Source: Spongospora subterranea f. sp. subterranea (taxonomy: Eukaryota). Taken from it: a stretch of 63,554 nt of DNA. The translations under genes and the position numbers were made by a program. The notes under the pieces are model-generated. The model made no database searches. It was not told the DNA's origin and saw only the letters and a list, made by a program, of their open reading frames with translations. Positions 55,026 to 63,554 of the stretch are shown here, one piece after another (within the stretch, counting starts at the first letter, position 1; each line of letters opens with the position of its first letter). Location: positions 62,001 to 125,554 of the forward strand of contig JAUGWO010000095.1 of assembly GCA_049724395.1 (NCBI GenBank). Reading direction: 5' to 3'.

Positions 55026-55138
55026 TATTAGCAACTACACACTTCTAAGTCACAGTCAGACCTAGATATTATCATTAGTACCCTAATACAATCCATTCAC
55101 TTCTTCTATTAAACTAACAACCGGTGAACCTGTCGTTA
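55026..55138 (+). repeat. Copia 5' LTR (113 bp, TA...TA)
   Basis: Identical to 58750-58862; bounded by the TSD on the left and the PBS on the right. Confidence 0.95.
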
Positions 55139-55152
55139 GATTAAGAGTCCCA
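55139..55152 (+). promoter_or_regulatory. Copia primer-binding site complementary to the tRNA-Lys(CUU) anticodon arm
   Basis: GATTAAGAGTCCCA directly after the 5' LTR; its reverse complement TGGGACTCTTAATC matches the eukaryotic tRNA-Lys-CTT anticodon stem-loop as recalled. Confidence 0.75.
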
Positions 55153-55176
55153 GTTTTGCTCTAGCGCAAGATGGTA

Positions 55177-55338
55177 CAAACACGACGAGAGATACAAGAG
55201 GAGGACACCACTCCAGACACAACCAACGATGCTATGGAAACACCATACACCCACCGACAAACACGACGAGAGATACAAGAGGAGGACACCACTCCAGACA
55301 CAACCAACGATGCTATGGAAACACCATACACCCACCGG
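55177..55338 (+). repeat. 81-bp in-frame tandem duplication at the gag N-terminus
   Basis: QTRREIQEEDTTPDTTNDAMETPYTHR x2, nearly identical at nucleotide level. Confidence 0.95.
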
Positions 55339-58300
55339 TTAAAAGAAGAAGTCAATCTCTCAAAACACAATTGGGGACTAAAACTAATCCCGGAATTCAC
55401 CGGAAAGAACTGGGATGAGTTCCGTCGCAAGACTGAGACACAATTCATCATTATGGGAATCGACTCGTTCCTACATCACCCGCCAACCCGCGGCAACACG
55501 ATCGAACAACGCAACGATCAACTAGCCTCTGCCCAAATCAGCATGCGGCTATCACAATCGCAATACAAACAAGTATCGAGATGCACGACAACAAGCGAAA
55601 TCTGGACAACGCTCCACGATATTTACGCGGAAACAGCGGAATCCAAAGCAGCAAACTTATTTCTCCAATTCATTCACCACAAGAAGCAGCCGAACCAAAC
55701 CATGAAAGGCTACATAGACAAGCTGGTAGAACTATACCACGACTTGAGAGTACACAACATCGACGTTGGCGAACTAGCCCTATGCGTCAAGGCCCTTGAT
55801 GGATTGCCAGATCAATACCAACAAATCAAGGCAGCCGCCAGAGCATCTCAAGTAAACTCGATCGCAAGACTAACGAATTTACTCCTGACAACAGACCTCG
55901 AATCAACGGCACCGCAAGAGACCACCTCTCTTAACACCGAGCGAACCAAGAGGCATTAGGAAAAGTCACATAACAACAACAACAACGACAGAAGCAATAA
56001 CTACAATAACGGCAAGTATTGCACACGGTGTAGACGATCGACGCACTCGAGCGAAGAATGCTGGCTACTGCACCCACACCTGAAGAAGCAAAACATAACC
56101 AACCGCCGTACGAACAATACAACAACCACTGAAGACGAAAAGGAACAGGAGTTCACTGGATTTCATACGACTACCCAAAGTTTTTCCACTAAAACTGCAT
56201 ACCTAGTCGACAGTGGCGCTAATGCAAGCATGACGAATGACAAGAACATCCTGCATAGCTACAAAGAATTGGAAACGCCGATTCTAGTAAGCAGTAGCAA
56301 CGGCGAAAAATCGTCAGCGTACGGACAAGGAATGCTGACATTGAATTACTGCCCAAAAATAGTAATTCACGACGTACTATATGTTCCGAATATTACAAAG
56401 ACACTGCTAAGCAACCAAATCCTTTACTGATCAAGGCTTAATTGTAGTCATTAAGGACACTCTTCATATCAAGGATCAAGATGGAAAGGTTATCGTTAGG
56501 GCGCACAAGCACAACGACCTCCACTACATTTCAAATCACGTCGTTCAAGAGACAAATGCCACAATCAGTATGGAGCTAGCGCACCGACGATTTGGACACG
56601 CATCGAACGAGAGACTGAAGCATTTACAAGAATCCACCGAAGGCGTCAAGATCACACCGCAAGAACGACAATTCTGCGAAAGCTGTGCCCATGGAAAGTC
56701 ACGGAAACAATCATTCCCACAGGAACGCCGGACAAAACCAACAAGAGCATTTGAAATTGTTTCTTCTGACCTCAAAGGACCATTCCTGGTTCCCAGCAAG
56801 GAAGGATATAGATACTATATTACGTTCAACTGCTTATACTCCACATGGACATGGGTCAAGTTTCTAAAGCACAAGAGCGCTGACGAAGTCCTGGAAGCAA
56901 TGAAACTGTTCATTACCGATGCTCAAGCTGAGACGAAACTTCGCCTCACCACCTTTTTAAACTGACAATGGATCCGAATATGTCAATCAACAGATGAGTG
57001 CATTTCTTTTACAAAAGAACATCAAACACCAACGCACTGTACCTCACTGTCCTCAACAGAACGGTCAAGCGGAAAGACGTAATCAGACCATCATGGGGAT
57101 GACACGCTGCGCGCTGATACAAGCCAAGATTGACCACAATTATTGGCCATTTGCAGTACAGTACTCTACGTACACGCTGAATCGACTACCAACTCGACGT
57201 ATCGAATGGACAACCCCATACGAACTATGGATGAACGTGAAGCCCGATGTTAAGCACCTGAGACCATTCGGATGTACAGCATATGCGCACATTGAATCCA
57301 CTATGCGAGATTCACTACAACCAACATCACTGAAATGTAAATTGTTAGGATATGCACCATACCAGAAGGGATACATACTTCGACATTCGAACACCGCTAC
57401 GGTCATCGTAAGACGCGACGTGCAGTTCGACGAAGACACTATACTGGATTGGCGGCAAGAGGCGATGGATATGAATGATGGATCCGATCCATTGACCATC
57501 ATCGACGATCACGGATTCGAAATTCATCACACTCTGATCGACTATCCGAAAACTTACTCGGAAGCAATGAGGCGACCAGACGCACATGAATGGCAAATTG
57601 CTGCAGACAAAGAAATGGCGTCACATAAGGATAATCACACTTGGACACTCGTAGACCGTCCACGACACGTGAAAGCGATTCAAGGAAGATGGATCTTTAC
57701 CAAGAAAAAGGACATCAACGATCACCTTATAGCCAAAGCTAGATTTGTCGCGAAAGGATATTCTCAAAAACATGGCATCGACTATCACGAAACCTATTCT
57801 TCGGTACTTGCACATACATCAGTTCGTATTCTCATCTGTCTTGCAGTCAATAACACCTGGAAGATATACCAGCGAGACTTTACTACAGCCTACCTAAATG
57901 CACCATTATTGCTCCCCATTTACATCGAACAACCGGAAGGCTTTATAAAGCACGGGGACGAGCACAAGGTATGCATGCTTAACAAAGCCCTCTATGGCTT
58001 AAAACAGGCTGGTAGAGCTTGGCAGACATCACTATTCGACCTGATCCGCAACAATGGATATACTCAATCCATGAAAGAGCCATGTATATGGTACAAGAAG
58101 AACAACAAGGGAATAACCATAATAGGAACATACGTCGATGATCTAATATTAACAGGAAACGACAAGACCGAAATCGACAACATCTCAACTATTATGGGCC
58201 ACAACTTCAAAATGAAGAACTTAAGGGAACTACAACGATTCCTCGGATTACAAGCAAGATATATAGACAAAGGGATCGTCCTCACACAAATGGATTACAC

Positions 58301-58749
58301 ACTCTCTATCATATCCAAATTCGGACAAGATAACTGCAAACCAGCACCAACCCCGATGTCGGAAATCTACACACCAGACGACGACGCGATCATAACCACA
58401 TACCCGATTCGTGAAGCAATCGGAAGCCTTACGTACTTAGCAAATGCAACACGGCCTGACCTGGCATTCGCAATCAACAACATTAGTCGACATGTCAGCA
58501 AACCCACGAAATCGTTATGGAAAGCCGTTCAAAGAATCATCAAGTATTTGAAAGGAACTCCAGATTTAGGTCTAACCTTCACACAAGGCGATCATCAAAT
58601 TACAGGTTGGGCTGACAGCGATTTTGCTGGAGACATATGCGATCGCAAGTCGACCACTGGATGGATACTTTCGATTGGACATAACGTCATATCTTGGAAA
58701 AAGTGAGAACTACCACAATGACAGACAATGACTATTCAGCGAAGGGGCG

Positions 58750-58862
58750 TATTAGCAACTACACACTTCTAAGTCACAGTCAGACCTAGATATTATCATT
58801 AGTACCCTAATACAATCCATTCACTTCTTCTATTAAACTAACAACCGGTGAACCTGTCGTTA
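58750..58862 (+). repeat. Copia 3' LTR (113 bp, TA...TA)
   Basis: Identical to 55026-55138; preceded by the PPT and followed by the TSD. Confidence 0.95.
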
Positions 58863-58884
58863 GAAAGCAAGGCCACAAACAGTC

Positions 58885-59445
58885 TTTAAGCTGATGTCAA
58901 TTTACTCACTGAAAGATGACGATGTTGGCAGTCAGAGATCTTGGTATTGTTTTTCGTTCTAGAACAAACGAAAAGTCTTCAGGGAGTTTTTCTTGTTATT
59001 GGTATTGATTTCGGGTTTTTAATGGAAATCCACGAAGAGTTTTTCAGCTGTGGCAATTTATGCACTGAATGAAGACGAATGTTGGCAAAGTCAGAAACCT
59101 TGGTATTGTGCGGGTTACTCTGATTTCGTTCTAGAACAAACAAAAAGTCTTCGGGGAAGTTTTACTGGAATTACAATTAGGTTTGATTGCAAATTCACGA
59201 GAGGTTTGTCAGCTGTATCAAGATATGCACTGAATGATGACGAATGCTGGCAGAGTTAGAAAACTTAGTATCGTACGCAAAAAGTCTTCAGGGAGTTTTG
59301 TTTGTTTTTCAAATTACAATTAGGTTTTGAAAGGCAGATCCGCGAAGAGGTTTTCAGCTGTGTCAATATATGCATTAAAATGAAAAAACTTGGTATTGTA
59401 CGTTTTCTCATCTAGGTTCTAAAACAAGCGAAAAACTTCTTGAGC
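58885..59445. repeat. Degenerate tandem repeat, ~145-165-bp unit, ~3.5 copies
   Basis: Anchor (C)AGCTG...CACTGAA.GA.GACGAATG.TGGCA...CTTGGTATTGT...CTAGAACAA...AAAAGTCTTC recurs at ~58889, 59045, 59210 and 59355. Confidence 0.85.
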
Positions 59446-59454
59446 AGAAAATTG

Positions 59455-59526
59455 TCGCCAATGGTTCAATGGTTAGAATGGCTGCCTTCCAAGCAGTTGA
59501 TCCGAGTTCGATTCTCGGTTGGCGAA
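59455..59526 (+). tRNA. tRNA-Gly(TCC), copy 2
   Basis: Identical to copy 1; followed by AATTTT. Confidence 0.95.
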
Positions 59527-59789
59527 AATTTTAGTATTTTAATGCCGTGATTGGCAAGCTTGCAATCATCATTTTGAACTGTTGCTGTCGGGAAAGATCA
59601 ATATAGGCACAAATAATCGAAGTGCAGTCGAGTTCCGACTGAGATGGCATGAGTAGCAGTGCCTAGAGATCGAGGCACCTCGATTTACACAGTGCAATGT
59701 AGGCAGTATTTCAGGTAAGTTGTGGAGTCGAAGCAACTGTGGAAAACATTCGCTCACGTTTTTCCTGCCAAGGCTTATCCGATGATGCT

Positions 59790-60236
59790 GCTGCATTCTG
59801 CCAACAATGACTACACTTGATGATTCTTCAAATCTAACTGAAGAGCTAGGCGACCAGATTGCTCATGACGGTCAAGGAATTGTAGTGGATCATTTACATG
59901 ATTTGCGTTTGGATCCACTTTCGGGTTGTTTTCAAATTTGGTTTACTGGCAAGGCTTTGAGGATGCGGATGCAACGTGGGAGCCCGCAGAGATGATATTG
60001 GCGGATTTGCCAACGTTGGCGAAACGATGAAACGATTCTCAAATTCACTCGCCAAGTCGGACTTACAAATAAAGCTCCTTTCTTCACTTTGAAGAGGGGA
60101 ATGTAGTCCCAAATGGGCTTGGCCCGCTGAGACCGCCAGCTACTTATACTCATTTTATGTTCTAAATATAATTTTTTCTTTTTCTTCCAACTGAAGCACA
60201 AACCTATAGTAGTATTTGGAACAGTCGGTATCTACA
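59790..60236 (+). mobile_element. 3' remnant of a chromodomain-bearing gypsy element: chromodomain, PPT and 135-bp LTR (60102-60236)
   Basis: DDSSNLTEELGDQIAH...VVDHLHDLR then, frameshifted, YWQGFEDADATWEP; PPT GAAGAGGGGAA 60091-60101; LTR TGTAG...CTACA with 5-bp inverted ends. Confidence 0.75.
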
Positions 60237-61206
60237 TGCCAAAAGCTCTGGACTTGTGGGTGCCCTTATCGACAGAAGCTTGAGACGCATACTAATACGG
60301 TTAAAATGTTTCTGATGTAGATAGAGCTCAGGAAGCTGGGCAAAGCATTGGCCGTCGGTGTGGCTCAAATGGAGTCCACTCTGCAACGTCGCCATTTGCC
60401 AGCTAAGTTTGCTTGATCAGCACTGTGATCCTGATTTTGTCGCGCATCCTCATGTTAGCAACAGGGAAGTGATTTTTACCAAAGATAGTTGATCGAGATT
60501 TTGCGCATTCTAGGTCAGTAGCCACATTATGAAACCGCTGTCAAGGTTGCAGACCACAAAAACTGAAATCTGTTCATCAAAAATCGGGAGGCCGACACTC
60601 TTAACGTCCCGAGTACGAGACTCAACTTGACCCATGTATTCTTGCGATGACAGCTCCATCCTGCATGCAGGTCGCCAGTTGACGCAGCTTGGGTTGGTAA
60701 ATATGATGGAGTTTGATCCAGTACGCATGGGCAGTAAATTCGACTGTTCTAACCATATGACTTTGATTGTCAATCTTTAAGCGCCATCCCGAACTACCAA
60801 CGAAAATCACTTACTTCCTGAGCACAACTGCTGCATCAACTGGCGACCTGCATGCAGAATGGGTCTAGGCACGAAGTCTTTGCAGGCGACTGTTTGTCAA
60901 ACAGCCTCTGCGGACGCATTGTTGCTTATCAATCCAGATGTTCGGTCCAGAATGGAGTCGGTGGGGTTGTTACCTGTTGTTTTCGAGCATGGCATGGACA
61001 TTTACGATCCGATGTTTCTGGATCTATATGTTGGTTGGTTAGCAGTATCCATATCGCTGATAAGCTCAATGGCTACAGCGATGTCGCCTTGAAGCGGCCA
61101 TCCAGCGGATCGAGAAATGTCACGAACACATTCGTAGGCAGAAGGAAAACAGCCCATGTCCTTCCATTGTTTAAACGTTTCGATACCACAAAAACAAAAC
61201 AAAGTA

Positions 61207-61278
61207 TTCGCCAACCGAGAATCGAACTCGGATCAACTGCTTGGAAGGCAGCCATTCTAACCATTGAACCATTGGCGA
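61207..61278 (-). tRNA. tRNA-Gly(TCC), copy 3
   Basis: Identical to copies 1 and 2; T-rich tract downstream on the minus strand. Confidence 0.95.
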
Positions 61279-61284
61279 TGATGA

Positions 61285-61500
61285 TGTAACGGTTGCCTCA
61301 TGTTTTTGTTTACATAAACCGAAACCTTATACCTCAGTGTAGCAGAGGTGAATGTATTCAGCCACCCCCCGAATTTGAACGAAAAGAGTCCCATGTATTG
61401 AATTTCCGGGAACTTGACAAAATCGGTGACACGACAGGATGAACATGAATGGTTTGAGGCGCGCGACACGAAATGGCGTCACCTGGACGGTAACCCCACT
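61285..61500 (-). mobile_element. Probable 3' end of another LTR element: PPT-like G run plus short TG...CA LTR (61285-61360)
   Basis: Minus strand reads GGGGGGTGGC then TGAATAC...CCGTTACA; weak chromodomain-like WGYRPGDA upstream. No second LTR in the window. Confidence 0.45.
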
Positions 61501-62208
61501 ACCGGGCCTCCTGAGAGCGATTACAAAAAGGGTGGATATGTACCAAGAAAAAGGAAGCGCCAAATTGGTCATGAAAAGATACTCGCAAATGTACGGGATC
61601 CGCTACTCCGATGATTAGTAGTGTGAGCTTTCACAAACCTCAAATCGGATACTAAGCTGTCTAGCATGCAGGGACTAAAGTGTCGACAATCTCTCGAACG
61701 ATCTTACGACCGCCTACCTGAGCGCACTACAAACTGCTACCAATTGACGTAGAACAACCATAAGGCTTTATCAAGGAGGGGGAATAACACCAAATCTGTG
61801 GCATACATCAGGCAGGCCGAGCTTGGCAACATTCCTCATTTGACCTGATGACAAACATAATGGATGTTCACAATCGCAATCTGAACCGATTCAAAACGGA
61901 TGCGACAATCTTCTTGTTGACAGGAACCGATAAAGCAGAAACCGACACGCTTCTAAGCAACATATCAAGACTTCATTGAGGGCATCCCTCGGATACCGGC
62001 AAAATTCCTAGAAAATGAGGTCATTATTTTTTTCACATATTGTACCCAACGCGTTTTGGATTATGACAGAACCATTGCAAGCCAGCATCTCTTTCCTTTA
62101 TCAAAAGGAGCCTGTAGGGCGCAAATTACCCGGTTCGTGACGCGATTGGGAAAGTGATTAATCTAACGAACGTCAGCAGACCTAGCGTGCCCTCGCAGAT
62201 GGTGTGAA

Positions 62209-62849
62209 TTGAAACTCATTTCTAAATGTATATCTCTCACTTTTCACCATAGCCGAGAGACAGTTGACTTTTTGGACCTTACCATTTTTAATCTCAACAA
62301 TCGGTTAAAATTCAAGACATTCCAAAAACCGATTGCCATCTTCCAGTATCTTCCCTCATCTAGCAATCACGATCGTAACACTATTAAGGGCTACATTAAA
62401 GGGGAACTATAACGTCACTGCCGTAATAATACCATGGAAAAAGATCGACTTCACCAAGCTAGTCAATTCTACAATAGATTAAGAGAAAGAGGCTTCTCTA
62501 CACAATTTCTTCTACCAAGTTTTAGGACAATCGACTTCTATGATGCTGGACACCGTTTACAACACCTTCTTTGCACCTACAGAAAAACTTTTGCCAATCA
62601 TCCTACCATTCCTACGACTCACCACTAACTAAGATTCTGATACAGTTCTTTTTCTCATTGGACACTCACCCAGTTGCAAGTTCCTTAAAATCAAGTTTAT
62701 AAGTTGTTTTAAACGTTCTAAAAACCTGCTGGAGCTGGTATCCCCATCAGGCCTTACCCAAGGAAATTTAAAACTGCTCTGCAACAACCGTAACTTCGAC
62801 TAGAGGAAGAGTAGTTTCATGTCACTGGAGTGCTCTCGTACACTTCTCC
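62209..62849 (+). mobile_element. Penelope-like element remnant (RT C-terminal/thumb region), disrupted
   Basis: VDFLDLTI...KTFQKP...QYLPSSSNH...KGYIKGEL*RHCRNNT...FYNRLRERGF and terminal FKRSKNLLELVS followed by a stop at 62801-62803. Confidence 0.75.
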
Positions 62850-63190
62850 TTTCTTTCGAGGCGCCGATCAATCGGCGGCTAGTGGTTCCCGGTTTGTGTA
62901 ACTTCAGAAGGACATGGAATTTCGGAACTGTTTCAAGAAAGCCGTCTTTAGGTATTTGGACATTTGATTTGTAGCGTATGTCTCAAATTCGTCGGCTAAT
63001 TCGAACGCGTGTTTCCGAGGACGGGCCTCGAAATAAACGGAGAAGTGTACGAGAGCACTCCAGTGACATGAAACTACTCATCCTCTAATTCGAAGTTCCT
63101 GTTGTTGCAGTATAAGTTCTAAATTTCCTTGGGTAAGGCCTGATTGGGATACCAGCTCCAGCAAGTTTTAGAACGTTTGAAACAACTTAT
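62699..63190. repeat. Inverted repeat, ~150-bp arms (62699-62849 and 63039-63190): two PLE 3' ends tail-to-tail
   Basis: ATAAGTTGTTT...GAGTAGTTTCATGTCACTGGAGTGCTCTCGTACACTTCTCC is matched in reverse complement; the innermost ~40 bp are identical. Confidence 0.9.
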
Positions 63191-63554
63191 CTTCGGTCAA
63201 TGTCATCATTAGCGAAATCGCTGTCGGCCCAGTCGTTGATTTTCAAAGTGCTTTTCGTATACTCTAGTCCAATTTCTTCGTTGTGTCAGGTACTTTGTTA
63301 ATCGCCTGAACTGGTTTCCACAATCCTTTCGCTCCTAAGGGGAACAATGTTGACGGCAAATATATTGGCGCGTTGCATTAGTCTTTTTTCGAACCCGTCT
63401 AGTTTACCGAATCAAACGCGTAATTGGATCGAAACGTACCTAAAGTACTGTTGATCCTACGATCTGCTACTGTACTACGATCTCTCATACCTCTTAAAAT
63501 TCACGCTTCTTGACCTTTTTCCTAATTTGTTAGATATGCTGTCGGTTGATAGAT

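Larger units (their letters stand above)
55026..58862 (+). mobile_element. Ty1/copia LTR retrotransposon, LTR-to-LTR, flanked by GAAAG TSD (55021-55025 and 58863-58867)
   Basis: gag 55171-55959; zinc knuckle CTRCRRSTHSSEEC; protease LVDSGA; integrase HRRFGH...CESC, SDLKGP, TDNGSEY, QQNGQAERRN; RT KARFVAKG, YGLKQAGRAW, TYVDDL; RNase H start WADSDFAG. Order PR-IN-RT-RH; PPT GAAGGGGCG at 58741-58749. Confidence 0.97.

Noticed and set aside
54822..55034. ORFs containing MVRMAAFQAVDPSSILGWR (also 61073-61264)
   Set aside because: These are translations of the tRNA-Gly sequence.
55930..55965. Programmed gag-pol frameshift in the copia element
   Set aside because: The break precedes the zinc knuckle, no clear slippery site was seen, and similar indels occur elsewhere in the window.
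63012..63035. CCGAGGA...GAAA as a hammerhead ribozyme core between the PLE arms
   Set aside because: Not CTGANGA, and stems II and III could not be formed convincingly.

Overview
Eukaryotic, intron-rich, moderate-GC nuclear DNA from a flagellated protist (MKS1 present). The gene style is compatible with a plasmodiophorid or other SAR microbe, but that is only a guess. 1-32.7 kb and 42.7-54.8 kb are gene-dense: MyTH4/WW myosin-like tail, GrpE, NDC80, a four-domain voltage-gated cation channel, mitochondrial folate/FAD carrier, CDK9-like kinase, DUF229 protein, USE1, EF-hand/WD40 protein, cytochrome b5, MKS1, SEH1, a secreted Tyr/His/Pro-rich protein, CysRS and an LRR protein. 33-42.5 kb and 55-63.5 kb are transposon-rich. 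The most striking system is at 54.9-61.4 kb, where three identical tRNA-Gly(TCC) genes with a U1:A72 pair are surrounded by LTR retroelements. One is a young Ty1/copia element with identical 113-bp LTRs, non-canonical TA...TA ends and a GAAAG target duplication. It sits 13 bp upstream of a tRNA gene, and its primer-binding site matches the anticodon arm of tRNA-Lys(CUU), implying half-tRNA-Lys priming. Also notable are an E-S-E-E channel selectivity filter, a DUF229 + xylosyltransferase-C-like fusion and an apparently endonuclease-less Penelope-like element. Gene boundaries were read by eye. Single-base homopolymer frameshifts in essential genes suggest assembly indels.
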